A stretch of 64,000 nucleotides of DNA from contig JAIRQA010000012.1 in NCBI GenBank assembly GCA_031256715.1, positions 525 to 64,524 of the forward strand, in the 5' to 3' direction. The position numbers were made by a program, and so were the translations under genes. This DNA comes from Coriobacteriales bacterium. Its GTDB lineage: Bacteria > Actinomycetota > Coriobacteriia > Coriobacteriales > UBA8131. Within the stretch, counting starts at the first letter, position 1. Each line of letters starts with the position of its first letter. The notes beneath the pieces were generated by a model. It ran no database searches. It worked only from the letters and a program-made list of their open reading frames with translations, and was not told the DNA's origin. Positions 1 to 9,836 of the stretch are shown here, piece after piece.

Positions 1-423
1 TCTTCTGATCTTAACTGGGTAAACATGAACACTCCGTTCCTTGGTCGTTTCCGCAATCTCGCTTTTGGCGACATCTCTATAGACCCAACGTTTATAGCTT
101 ATGGACTGGGCGCGGTGGTTGTTGTGGCGCTGGCGGTTCATGGCTTTGGCATGAAGATCACCGGTCGCACCAAGGGTGGCGCTCCCTTTGAGCTAGAGCG
201 TAAGTGGGATGCCAAACATCCAGACCGTGCGATAGGTTCGGTTGCTGCCGCTAAGGCTGCCGCAAAATCTGCGGGCACGACAACTGTAGATAATGTTGAG
301 AAGAACGCCGATGCTGCCGCCGCAAGCGACGCCGCAAGCGACGCTGCTAGTGCAGGTGCTACAAACGCTGCCGCCGCAAGCGACGCAACCGCTAACGATG
401 CAAAGAAAGGGGGCGACGAATAA
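1..423 (+). CDS. [NiFe]-hydrogenase small subunit, C-terminal fragment (gene starts left of the window)
   Basis: The frame is open from nt 1 (SSDLNWVNMNTPF...), so the ATG at 25 is probably internal. A hydrophobic C-terminal anchor (IAYGLGAVVVVALAVHGF) is followed by an Ala-rich tail. The stop overlaps the large-subunit start (TAATG, 421-425). The call rests on position and the anchor; no Fe-S cysteine motifs fall inside the window. Confidence 0.5.
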   Translation, partial: SSDLNWVNMNTPFLGRFRNLAFGDISIDPTFIAYGLGAVVVVALAVHGFGMKITGRTKGGAPFELERKWDAKHPDRAIGSVAAAKAAAKSAGTTTVDNVEKNADAAAASDAASDAASAGATNAAAASDATANDAKKGGDE

Positions 424-2339
424 TGGCTGAAGAGACAAGCACAACTGCAACTGAAGGCACTGCTGCAGCAGGCACCGCAACCGATGCAACTGCTGTAAAA
501 CCAGATGGCGAGGGCGCCACAGCTGTTCAGGGCACTAATTCTGATGGCACTGCTGCCGCACAAGCAGCCAAGCCAATATCGGCAGAAATAGGTGGAGCCA
601 ATCTGTTAAAGCACACTGCTCCTAAACCAACAGGTCAATCTATCATCGACCCTGTTAATCGCATAGAGGGTCATTTACGTATAGACATGGAAGTCGAGAA
701 TGGCAAAGTAAGTGATGTTTGGGTTTCAGGTGGTCTTTTCCGTGGTATGGAACTCGTCTTGCAAGGACGTCAACCTGCCGATGCCGCCTACATCGCACAA
801 CGCATTTGCGGTGTTTGCCCAGTAAGTCATGCGCATTCGGCATGTTTTGCTGCCGAGAAAAGCTATGGCATAGAGATCCCCAACTCTGCTCGCATCATCC
901 GTAACCTTGTAGAGGGCGCGCAATTTCTGCATTCGCATATTCTTTGGTTTTATAACCTTGCCGCACTTGACTACGTTAACCCACTTGATGCACTTAACGC
1001 TAACTTAGCAGATACTGTAGAGATTGCTGCGGCGCTTGCTGCAGACCAGGACGTAGAAGCATATGGTAGCTATACATTCTTTAAGGGACTACAGAAACGC
1101 CTAGAGGGTTTTGCTGCCAATGGACAGCTTTCTATTTTCTCTGGCAATTGGTTTGACACAGAAGATGGCGGCGCAGATGATAGCAAGAACGCCTATCAGT
1201 TGCCACCTGAAGTAAATCTTATTGCAACAGCGCACTATCTTGAGGCCTTAGAGATGCAAGCTTGTGCTTCCGAAATCTCCGGAATTATTGGTGGCAAGAT
1301 GCCACACATCATGAGCTCTATTCCTGGTGGTACAACATTTGTTCCTACATCCGAAAAGCTAGATGATATCTTGTATCGCGCCATTCGTATTCGCGATTGG
1401 ATAGCCAATACAATGATTCCCGACACTCAGGTAATCGCGCCATATTATCTAGATGTCGCCGCATATGGTGCTGGCGTAAAGAACTACTGCGCGTGGGGTG
1501 TCTTTGATGCTCCTAGCCGCAACCCCGAGGATCGCTATTTGCCCTCAGGCATTTGGGCGTTTGGTGATAGCAGCGTGTCGTCTGTAGACGAGAAGCTGAT
1601 AACCGAGGAGACCTCGCGTTCGTTTTATTCTGATTCTGGTGCTCCCATTAATCCCCGCCAGGGCATTACCGAGCCGCACTACCCAGCAGAAGGACCTAGC
1701 CGCGACGGACGCTATACTTGGGACAAAGCCCCGCGTTACGATGGCAAACCTATAGAGGCTGGTGGTCTTTCGCGCCTGCTAGTTGCCTATAATCGTGGCA
1801 ATACATTTGTAAAGACAAACATAGACAAGCTGCTTAGCTATCTTTCTACCAAAGCAGGTACAAATTTAGGTGTAGATGTTTTGGCTTCTACCCTAGGTCG
1901 CACGGCTGCCCGCAATGTAGAGACCCTTTATGTCGCAACATTAATGGTAGAGTGGGTAGAGGAGCTTATAGAAGCCATTAAGGGCGGCGATACCGCAACA
2001 TTTGTAGAGCCCAAGCAATTTGATGGCGAGGGCGCAGGCATGTGGGAAGCACCACGTGGAGCGCTTTATCATTATGAAAAGATTTCTGGCAATAAGATAG
2101 ATAAGTACCAAATCATTATTCCTTCTAGCTGGAATATCTCGCCACGTGATGCTAAGGGCGTACGTGGTCCTATGGAAGAGGCGCTAGTAGGTGTGCCTGT
2201 GGGAGATTTAGAGAAACCCATACATGCCTTGCGCACAGTTCATAGTTTTGATCCTTGCGTTGCTTGCGCAGTGCATATCTCTGAGCCAGCAACCGGTAAG
2301 AAATTCTCAACCGTCACGAGCCCCTGGGGGGTGAAGTAA
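423..2339 (+). CDS. [NiFe]-hydrogenase large subunit
   Basis: N-terminal metal-site motif RIEGH...RICGVCPVSH and C-terminal motif DPCVACAVH, followed by a short tail of the kind removed by the maturation protease. About 60 aa of Thr/Ala-rich N-terminal extension precede the conserved DPVNRIEGH. Confidence 0.95.
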   Translation: MAEETSTTATEGTAAAGTATDATAVKPDGEGATAVQGTNSDGTAAAQAAKPISAEIGGANLLKHTAPKPTGQSIIDPVNRIEGHLRIDMEVENGKVSDVWVSGGLFRGMELVLQGRQPADAAYIAQRICGVCPVSHAHSACFAAEKSYGIEIPNSARIIRNLVEGAQFLHSHILWFYNLAALDYVNPLDALNANLADTVEIAAALAADQDVEAYGSYTFFKGLQKRLEGFAANGQLSIFSGNWFDTEDGGADDSKNAYQLPPEVNLIATAHYLEALEMQACASEISGIIGGKMPHIMSSIPGGTTFVPTSEKLDDILYRAIRIRDWIANTMIPDTQVIAPYYLDVAAYGAGVKNYCAWGVFDAPSRNPEDRYLPSGIWAFGDSSVSSVDEKLITEETSRSFYSDSGAPINPRQGITEPHYPAEGPSRDGRYTWDKAPRYDGKPIEAGGLSRLLVAYNRGNTFVKTNIDKLLSYLSTKAGTNLGVDVLASTLGRTAARNVETLYVATLMVEWVEELIEAIKGGDTATFVEPKQFDGEGAGMWEAPRGALYHYEKISGNKIDKYQIIIPSSWNISPRDAKGVRGPMEEALVGVPVGDLEKPIHALRTVHSFDPCVACAVHISEPATGKKFSTVTSPWGVK

Positions 2340-2341
2340 CC

Positions 2342-3034
2342 ATGGCACATCTTGCACATTATCGTGAGGCGCATCCATTGGTCTTTGTTATTACTCACTG
2401 GATAAACCTTATAGCTATGCTAGTACTTATCTTTACTGGCTTTTATATTCACTTCCCGTTCTTTGCGGGTTTCATGGGCATTGCTCGCGGCGCTCATGTC
2501 TTTTGCGGTATTGTCTTGCTATTTAATTGCATCTTCCGCTGCATAGCGGCTTTTATTGTGAAGTCTGCACCTGCTGGTGGTACTCGCAAACTTCAGCCAG
2601 ACTACAAGAGCTTTTTCCCACAAAAAGACAATCGCCACCAATTAGGCGCCTGGATTAAGTATTACCTTTTCTTTAAAAAGGATCACCCTCTAGGCGGCAA
2701 GTATGGCGTGCCACAAAAGATTTCTTATTTGGCAATCCCATTTCTGATTCTAATTATCGCCTTTACCGGTTTTTGCCTTTGGGGTCCAACGATGTTTAAT
2801 GGCCCATTTGCTGCCTTTAATGATTTGGTTGGCGGCTTAATGATTACTCGCATTATTCACTATTATCTAATGTGGGTTTTCATCCTGTTCATGTTCATTC
2901 ACATCTATTTGGCTAATGTAGAGGGACTTGCTCCCACAAAGATGATGTTTGCCTGGAAGGAACATGGCGGACTGGTTTATGACCCAGAGGTTCACAACAT
3001 AGTTGGCAACGATGATTTGGGAGAAAAGCACTAG
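2342..3034 (+). CDS. Ni/Fe-hydrogenase b-type cytochrome subunit (membrane anchor)
   Basis: It starts 3 nt after the large-subunit stop. The 230-aa polytopic membrane protein has conserved His in predicted helices (ITHWINL..., IIHYYLMW, FIHIYL), as in the HyaC/HupC cytochrome b family. Confidence 0.8.
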   Translation: MAHLAHYREAHPLVFVITHWINLIAMLVLIFTGFYIHFPFFAGFMGIARGAHVFCGIVLLFNCIFRCIAAFIVKSAPAGGTRKLQPDYKSFFPQKDNRHQLGAWIKYYLFFKKDHPLGGKYGVPQKISYLAIPFLILIIAFTGFCLWGPTMFNGPFAAFNDLVGGLMITRIIHYYLMWVFILFMFIHIYLANVEGLAPTKMMFAWKEHGGLVYDPEVHNIVGNDDLGEKH

Positions 3035-3038
3035 TTTT

Positions 3039-3225
3039 TGCTTTTGCTAGTCTGCTTGAGTGCTAGCATGCTTTTGCTAGTTTGCTTGAGTGCTAGTCTG
3101 TCTGAGCGCTAGCAAGCATGAGTGCTAGTATGCTTTTGCTAGTCTGCTTGTGTGTTAGTCTGTCTGAGCGCTAGCAAGCATGAGTGCTAGTATGCTATTA
3201 AGCTAGCGTGCTAGCGAATGTTAGC
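3039..3225. repeat. intergenic tandem repeat, 62-bp unit x2 (3069, 3131) plus partial copies, TGCTAG-rich
   Basis: By direct reading, 'tgcttttgctag...gagtgctagta' recurs at 3039 (30 bp), 3069 and 3131, with a partial copy at 3193. It begins 5 nt after the cytochrome b stop. Confidence 0.85.
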
Positions 3226-3477
3226 ACTGCTCGTTGCCGGCAATAATGTTTAGTTGTTAAGTTGTTAAGAAACGACCCGCGAGTGAAATACCTGCGGGTC
3301 GTTTGCTGTTTTGGGAGTTTTCGCGAGTTGTTATTACTGCTGCACAGGCAAGCGAAACCCTGCACCTTTCCTGTGCGTCGTTTGCTATTTTGGCTGCATT
3401 TGCTATTATTATAAAGAAGAAAGATCTAAGTGGGCGGTTATAGGTAGCATGGCAGAATTTATTATGGTGTACGGGCG

Positions 3478-5118
3478 ATGCGCTGTAACCAGACTGATGG
3501 CAGCATGTGGGCGAAAATGAGCAAAATAACAATAGAATCAAACAACGATATCTCTACAGCAGACCACACTGTAAATGAGCAAACACCTGCGAAGGCTTGG
3601 CTGATTTTAGCAGTTGTATATTTCGCGTCTATTATGGCACCACTGTCGCAATTTAAAATCCCTCCACTGGCAACCTGGCTATTTGCAGCCTACGGTAGCT
3701 ATGGATTAGATAATGTCAGCTTTGGCCTATTAATGTCTAGCATGGCGATAGTTGGCTGTCTGTTGGCATTCCCAGCTGCTTTTATTACGAGACGCATTGG
3801 TCTAAAAGCTACCGTCTTGCTATCATTGGCGTGTTTGGCCATAGGAAATGCATTGGGAGCGGCGATTACTGAGCTTGGTGCCCTGATGATTGGGCGACTT
3901 ATAGAGGGCATAGGTATAGGTTTAATAGGCGTAGCTGCGCCTGCCTGCGTGTCTGTGTGGTTTCCAGAAAAGTCGCGGGGAAAAGCTTTGGGCATTTGGG
4001 CGACATGGGTGCCTGTGGGTATCATCGTTATGTTTAATTTAGCGCCTGCATTTGCGGGTGTAGCCGGCGACCCAGCGACACTAACTGCCGACCACGTTCA
4101 ACTTGCAACATATGCGTCTAATGCTACTATCTTAAGTGAATTAAGCCAGGAAGATATCACTTTAAGCAGAGAGGTTGGCATAGATGGTTATTGCGCCATT
4201 TATTGGGGATGTGCGTTTTTCTCGACATTAGCTTTTTTACTTTTTGCATTGGTTTTTAAGATGCCCCATTCTTCTGGCACGGGCGCAGAAAAAGTAAAAA
4301 ACACCACCGCGCTTAGCGCAAAAGACGAGGATCTGAACTCTAGGCGCGACGCACTAGATGCAAGTGGCGAAGCTACAAACACAAAAGTTGTAGAATTTTA
4401 CACAAAAGATAGGGTTCAGGACGCAAAACAACTTGACGAACAAAAACATGCTTCGAATATTATGGAATTTAAGGGCAGCCTATTAACTAGCTTTTGTCTT
4501 TTAAGGAATCGCAATATTTGGCTTTTGGGCATTGTCTTTTTTGTTTTTTGCTGGTGCACATTGGGGGTTGTTAATACTTTTCATGGTAATTTTGTTATGG
4601 GACCGCCGTTAAATTTGACGCAGCAAGAGGCGTCATCGCTTACTAGCATCATCATGTTTATAGCAATTTTCTCTTCTGCTGCTGCCGGTGTTGCTTTTGA
4701 TAAGGTTTCTGCACCAAAGAAGAAGTACCTAATTGTTGTCACATTAAGTGTCTTGCTTGTAAGCAACCTTTTTGGCTTTAATGCTACTCCTGCTCTGGCA
4801 TTTCCGTTTTTGATAGTGATGGTTGTTTGCCAGGGTATTTCTGGAGGTGCAACCGGAGGGGTTTGTCGTCCGTTTGCGCCCTTGCTAATGGGTGGTACAC
4901 CTATGGGTGCTATTATTGCCATGGCGCTCTTACAGTTTATGCAAAATTTTGGCAATGCTTTGGCGTCACCGCTTTTTGGCGCGTTATTGGGTATTACGGG
5001 CGGCGATTATTATTTTTGCTCGATAGTTTTTCAGGCGCCTGCTCTGCTTATTGGCATTGTTGCAGCACTACTAATTAATGTGCGTCAAGAAGTGCTTGCT
5101 AAGTCTGGGTCTGTCTGA
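3478..5118 (+). CDS. MFS transporter (substrate unknown)
   Basis: Predicted 12-TM-like hydrophobic profile with a long central hydrophilic loop and a motif-A-like loop (FITRRIGLKATVLL). Alternative in-frame starts lie at 3505 and 3517. Confidence 0.8.
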   Translation: MRCNQTDGSMWAKMSKITIESNNDISTADHTVNEQTPAKAWLILAVVYFASIMAPLSQFKIPPLATWLFAAYGSYGLDNVSFGLLMSSMAIVGCLLAFPAAFITRRIGLKATVLLSLACLAIGNALGAAITELGALMIGRLIEGIGIGLIGVAAPACVSVWFPEKSRGKALGIWATWVPVGIIVMFNLAPAFAGVAGDPATLTADHVQLATYASNATILSELSQEDITLSREVGIDGYCAIYWGCAFFSTLAFLLFALVFKMPHSSGTGAEKVKNTTALSAKDEDLNSRRDALDASGEATNTKVVEFYTKDRVQDAKQLDEQKHASNIMEFKGSLLTSFCLLRNRNIWLLGIVFFVFCWCTLGVVNTFHGNFVMGPPLNLTQQEASSLTSIIMFIAIFSSAAAGVAFDKVSAPKKKYLIVVTLSVLLVSNLFGFNATPALAFPFLIVMVVCQGISGGATGGVCRPFAPLLMGGTPMGAIIAMALLQFMQNFGNALASPLFGALLGITGGDYYFCSIVFQAPALLIGIVAALLINVRQEVLAKSGSV

Positions 5119-5162
5119 AGTGCAGGCAGGACAAGTCGTGTATGTTGCTGTGTGGTGGGATG

Positions 5163-5355
5163 TAATTGCTAAGGCCGCCAGTTGAGCAGCATGAAGTGTG
5201 TGCTAAGGCCGCCAGTTGAGCAGCGCGAAGTGTGTGCTAAGGCCGCCAGTTGAGTAGCGCGAAGTGTGTGCTAAGGCCGCCAGTTAAACAGTGCAAAGCG
5301 ATTGTTAAGGCAATTGCGTGAACAGTGCAAAGCGAATGCTAAGGCCGTTGGCCGA
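5163..5355. repeat. 34-bp tandem repeat x4 plus degenerate copies ('tgctaaggccgccagttgagcagcgcgaagtgtg')
   Basis: Unit starts at 5167, 5201, 5235 and 5269 give an exact 34-bp period, with degenerate copies near 5301 and 5336. The array overlaps the 5' end of ORF 5302, which argues for a later start for that gene. Confidence 0.85.
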
Positions 5356-5385
5356 TTTGCTACCTGGTTTAATGTGGTGGTGGCG

Positions 5386-6672
5386 ATGGCAAAGTCGTAC
5401 AATAGCATCATGAATAATCAATTTTTAAGTAATAATTCTAGAGTCTCTAGCATTGGTGAGGTGCAACAGGGTGCATCTGACGCGAGCGAAACGAGCATTG
5501 GCATCTTTTGCATTGGCAATATGTTAATGCTAGATGAAGGCCTTGGACCAAGAGTGGCTGCCGAACTAAACGCTTCTTTCGCGTTTCCCTCTAATGTGCA
5601 GGTATTAGATGCTGGCACAATGGGCATGTCGCTCCTAAGCGAATTTAAACGTTTTACAGATATACTAGTTATAGATGCTGTTGATAAAACCGGTGAGCCT
5701 CCGGGCACTGTAGTTACATTTCTGCCTGAAGAAATTGCTCCATATCAGGCATTTCATGGCGCTCATGACACGCGTTTCATAGATGTTTTGCAAGCAAGTG
5801 CCCTAATGGGACATGAGGTAAAGGGCTTTTGTGTGGGCGTACAGATTGCCAATATGTCTCCCGAACAATTTAGCATAGGATTGACACCAGCAGTTGAAGA
5901 TTCGCTGCCTTTGCTCTTGCATACGGTGTTGGCTTACTTAAAGAACAAAGGCATTACTGTCGTGAATAAAGATACAGGCTGTGCGTGGAGCGGCGAGTGT
6001 GTGTTGGCAACGCTGAGGCAGAGTTTTCTGCAGAATGCCTTAACGGGAACCGGCATGTGTAACAACTCTGCAGGGCCTCTTTTAGAACAGGATATGCGAA
6101 CCTTAATAGCTGCCAAGAAGATAGCAGACCCTGCCCACGATGATGTTTTTTCACACGAGCTTTTAAATAAGCTAAAACCTGAATGTCAGATAGCAGACTC
6201 TGCCCACGATGATGTTTCTTTACAGGCAGGTGCTGCTCTGTTGCAACAAGAAGTTGCTGTTGATTGCTGCGAGCTGCCTTTAGTGTCGCTTCCGGCGCTC
6301 ATAATGCCTGCTGTCTGGGGGCCGGCGCATGGGCTATGGGCGGCAATTGGCTTTTATCCACTTTGGATGCTCGCCGACAACTGTTTTGTAGCAGCGATAG
6401 AGTATGGCGGTTTGGCGATTGTCTTGGCAATATTAGTCTTTGCCGGCATGGTGGCAGTGACAATCTTTTTTGCGCGTACATCTGTAAAACCAGCATACAG
6501 ATATGCTAAGGCGCGTGCAGAGCGTAAAGGTGAAGAGCTAACAATTGAGAAGTATCGTAGTCGCGAACATAAGTGGGCTTTCATTAGCATTGCCGTAGCT
6601 GTTGTCTTTATCATCTTGGCAACTTGGTATAATCTTGCTGTACGTATACCTGGGCTTTATGCCGGAGGCTAA
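5386..6672 (+). CDS. hydrogenase maturation endopeptidase (HyaD/HybD family) fused to a C-terminal membrane domain
   Basis: The N-terminal ~150 aa align with HybD-type proteases (IGIFCIGNMLMLDEGLGPRVA...VLDAGTMGMSLL...VIDAV...PGTV). The C-terminal ~240 aa contain a duplicated IADxAHDDV segment (DNA 6121-6147 and 6190-6216) and 3-4 hydrophobic helices. The start was chosen at ATG 5386 (ATG 5410 is an alternative) because 5302-5355 is repeat DNA. Confidence 0.8.
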   Translation: MAKSYNSIMNNQFLSNNSRVSSIGEVQQGASDASETSIGIFCIGNMLMLDEGLGPRVAAELNASFAFPSNVQVLDAGTMGMSLLSEFKRFTDILVIDAVDKTGEPPGTVVTFLPEEIAPYQAFHGAHDTRFIDVLQASALMGHEVKGFCVGVQIANMSPEQFSIGLTPAVEDSLPLLLHTVLAYLKNKGITVVNKDTGCAWSGECVLATLRQSFLQNALTGTGMCNNSAGPLLEQDMRTLIAAKKIADPAHDDVFSHELLNKLKPECQIADSAHDDVSLQAGAALLQQEVAVDCCELPLVSLPALIMPAVWGPAHGLWAAIGFYPLWMLADNCFVAAIEYGGLAIVLAILVFAGMVAVTIFFARTSVKPAYRYAKARAERKGEELTIEKYRSREHKWAFISIAVAVVFIILATWYNLAVRIPGLYAGG

Positions 6673-6768
6673 TCTGTGGCTTATAGAACCAGATGGCAAG
6701 ATAGCATGCTAGCATAATAGCAAGATAGTAAGAGAATAAGATAACAATCACTTAAGATAACGTCAATC

Positions 6769-7980
6769 ATGATTAAAATCACAGATAAAAAAGATATGTT
6801 TAGAAGAACAACGTCTGAAACGCAGCATGAGGCGAAGTGCGAAAACTTAAAAGTGTCTTTGCGCGATCTTGACAGCAAAGCTTCTACCGCTAACAAGGCT
6901 CTTGCCAACTGTATGCTTTGTCCAAGATGTTGTGGCGTAAATCGCTTGAAAGGGCAGCTAGGGCATTGTGGCTCAGATGCCAGATTGCGGGTGGCTCGTG
7001 CAGCGCTTCATCATTGGGAGGAGCCTCCCATTAGTGGCTGGCGTGGGAGCGGTACTATCTTTTTTGTAGGGTGTCCGCTACATTGTGTCTATTGCCAAAA
7101 CATTCAGATATCTGCGAGTGACTTTGGCTCACAGAAGTCAACAGCCGTCGTTAGTGAAACTAATTTGCATATGGTGGCGCACTGCGATGACTTAGACTCA
7201 CAGGTAGCGTTAACAGCTTGCGGCTCACCAAGCTCAAAGGCGACAACGGCAACCAGCAGCTCACCAAACTTGCAGGGGACTATGCTAACTCATGAAAGCC
7301 ACGACGCTCACGTCATAAGCGAGCAACAGCTTGCAAATATTTTCTTGAACTTAGAAAAACAGGGAGCGCATAATATTAATCTGGTTACACCAACACATTA
7401 TTTGTATAGCATAATAGCTGCAATTAAGCTTGCTCGTTTAGAAGGATTTAATCTGCCAATTGTTTATAACACCAGTGGTTATGAACGACCTGAGTCCATT
7501 GCGCTTTTAACCAATTTTGTAGATGTTTTTTTAACAGACTTTAAGTATGCCTCTGCAGCATTAGCTAAGCGCTACTCATGCGCGAGTGATTATCCAGAGG
7601 TTGCGTTTGCTGCCCTGCAAGCAATGTATGCTCAGACAGGTGCTTGTACATTTAATTCGGATGGTATTATGACCAAGGGCATTATTGTACGGCATCTAAT
7701 GTTGCCTGGACAACTTCAAGACTCTAAGGCGGTGATAAAAAAAGTATTTCAGGAATTTGATAATAATGTTTGCCTAAGCTTAATGAACCAATATACACCA
7801 ATGCCTCAATTTTTACAGAAGAATCGCTTCCCTGAACTATGTCGCACAGTTAGCGAATACGAGTACGACGAATTAATAGAGTATGCCTTAGACTTGGGCG
7901 TATCCAATAGTTTTATGCAAGAAGAGGGAACTGTAGATGCAAGCTTCGTGCCAGCGTTTGATGGTACAGGTGTTTACTAG
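6769..7980 (+). CDS. radical SAM protein, PflX-like (COG1313 type)
   Basis: CMLCPRCCGVNR...HCG N-terminal Cys motif, HHWEEPPISG, and the radical SAM cluster motif FFVGCPLHCVYCQN (CxxxCxxC). A ~70-aa low-complexity insertion follows the cluster motif (about 7120-7339). Confidence 0.8.
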   Translation: MIKITDKKDMFRRTTSETQHEAKCENLKVSLRDLDSKASTANKALANCMLCPRCCGVNRLKGQLGHCGSDARLRVARAALHHWEEPPISGWRGSGTIFFVGCPLHCVYCQNIQISASDFGSQKSTAVVSETNLHMVAHCDDLDSQVALTACGSPSSKATTATSSSPNLQGTMLTHESHDAHVISEQQLANIFLNLEKQGAHNINLVTPTHYLYSIIAAIKLARLEGFNLPIVYNTSGYERPESIALLTNFVDVFLTDFKYASAALAKRYSCASDYPEVAFAALQAMYAQTGACTFNSDGIMTKGIIVRHLMLPGQLQDSKAVIKKVFQEFDNNVCLSLMNQYTPMPQFLQKNRFPELCRTVSEYEYDELIEYALDLGVSNSFMQEEGTVDASFVPAFDGTGVY

Positions 7981-8379
7981 ATGGCTACACCCCTAAACTC
8001 GCCGGCTTACACTGTGAACAATGTTTGCTGGCGCAGGTGTTTAGTAGTATGGCCACACTGGAATTTTTAAGGAGTTTTAGAGGTAAGAATGCTCATTATA
8101 AACAGGTTTGCACCCCCTTTAGTTAACTATTTGGCAAATTTTAGTATAATATCAGCATAAAATCACCCGAAAATCACACAATTTAGCGATTGTTGTATTG
8201 ACCATCGCCTGCTAACTGGTACTATTAAGAGTGTATGCTTTTTGGGCGTATTTTTGCATTTGTATAATTAATTGCAAACGCCCGGTCTAGCACGAGATTT
8301 AACGAGACCTGTAAAGTCAGGAAGTAGACAGCAGTAAGGCGAGAAACATAGTATAAACGTTACAGTCGCTGGAGGAACC

Positions 8380-9591
8380 ATGTCGGATTATAGTACGAAC
8401 TACGCAAGCACGATGAGTTATACCAAAAGTGAATACAACCCAGCCGACCATTTGGCAATCATTAAGGTTGTTGGCGTTGGTGGCGGTGGGACCAACGCTG
8501 TTAACCGCATGGTCGAGGCAGGCATTAAGGGTGTAGAATTCATTGCCATTAATACAGACCAGCAAGCTTTGCTGATGTCTGATGCCGATCGCACCGTACA
8601 TATTGGCGACAATCTTACGCGAGGTCTTGGAGCTGGCGCTAACCCAGAGATTGGCGCTCAGGCCGCAGAAGAAAGTCGCGACAAAATACTTGAGGCTCTA
8701 AAAGATGCCGACATGGTTTTTATTACCGCTGGCGAGGGTGGTGGCACTGGTACCGGCGCTGCCCCCATTGTGGCCGAGATTGCCCATGACGAGGTACGCG
8801 CACTTACTGTTGGTGTCGTTACCAAGCCTTTTGGCTTCGAGGGGCGCAAACGCCGCGAGCAAGCCGAAGACGGCATTATGTTGTTGGCACAAAAAGTTGA
8901 CACCTTAATAGTAATTCCTAATGATCGGCTTTTGCAAATTGTTGAGAAGAAAACAACTATGCTAGACGCGTTTCGCAAGGCAGACGACATCTTGCGTCAG
9001 GGCACGCAAGGCATTACCGATCTGATAACCATCCCTGGTCTTATTAACTTAGACTTTAATGATGTGCGCACGGTGATGAAAGACGCCGGCACGGCTATGA
9101 TGGGCATTGGCTTGGCATCAGGCGAAAACCGAGCCGTAGAGGCAGCGACGCAGGCGATATCCTCGACATTATTAGAATCTTCAATCGTGGGTGCGAATCG
9201 GATACTCGTATCTGTAACCGGAGCATCAGACATGGGCCTTATAGAGGTCAGCGAGGCTGCCGACACCGTAACCGAAGCTGCCGACCCCGACGCAATTATC
9301 ATTTTTGGTTCGGTTATAGATGACACCTTAGACGACTCTGTGCGCGTTACAGTTATTGCTACAGGATTTGACGACACAGACACGCAAAGCTCGATGGACT
9401 TTGGTAATGGCTTTGGTCAAACTGCTTATGTTGAGGAGCCGCCCTTGCAAACTGGTTTTGGGCGTGAGCGTGAGCGCGATCGCGACCGTGGTCGACTTTC
9501 GGGCACAGAGCGCAATCGCGTTAGACAGCCGCAGGTGAGCTCCGGTTTTGATGATGACTATATACCTGATTTCTTAAAGCGCAGCTTCTAG
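8380..9591 (+). CDS. ftsZ: cell division protein FtsZ
   Basis: Tubulin signature [10 protein letters not shown] and [21 protein letters not shown] at 8371-8376. The C-terminal peptide [10 protein letters not shown] is typical of FtsZ tails. Confidence 0.97.
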   Translation: MSDYSTNYASTMSYTKSEYNPADHLAIIKVVGVGGGGTNAVNRMVEAGIKGVEFIAINTDQQALLMSDADRTVHIGDNLTRGLGAGANPEIGAQAAEESRDKILEALKDADMVFITAGEGGGTGTGAAPIVAEIAHDEVRALTVGVVTKPFGFEGRKRREQAEDGIMLLAQKVDTLIVIPNDRLLQIVEKKTTMLDAFRKADDILRQGTQGITDLITIPGLINLDFNDVRTVMKDAGTAMMGIGLASGENRAVEAATQAISSTLLESSIVGANRILVSVTGASDMGLIEVSEAADTVTEAADPDAIIIFGSVIDDTLDDSVRVTVIATGFDDTDTQSSMDFGNGFGQTAYVEEPPLQTGFGRERERDRDRGRLSGTERNRVRQPQVSSGFDDDYIPDFLKRSF

Positions 9592-9680
9592 GGATGAAAC
9601 AAATAAAGCATATGACTTGTAGGATGGGCAAAAACATTACAAAATGTCATTTAGAACTCGTTTTAGAATTTCATGATGCC

Positions 9681-9722
9681 GCTTGCGAGGATTCTGCTTG
9701 CGAGGATTCTGCTTGCGAGATT
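9681..9722. repeat. 15-bp tandem repeat x2.8 ('gcttgcgaggattct')
   Basis: Copies at 9681, 9696 and 9711, downstream of ftsZ. Confidence 0.8.
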
Positions 9723-9836
9723 GTGGGTCGTGCCCACAGCAATCAGCTTAACCGTTCCTACGCAGACTACTGTTCGCTTTCGCTCATTGTTGCAAGTTGA
9801 TGATTAGCGCTAGGATAACAAGGAAGCTAGGCTGGT

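Noticed and set aside
9594-9800. A 68-aa ORF downstream of ftsZ, in the position where yfiH/pgeF-like genes sit in many Actinomycetota.
   Set aside because: It is too short, contains the 15-bp tandem repeat (ACEDS x3), and has no SD or family similarity.
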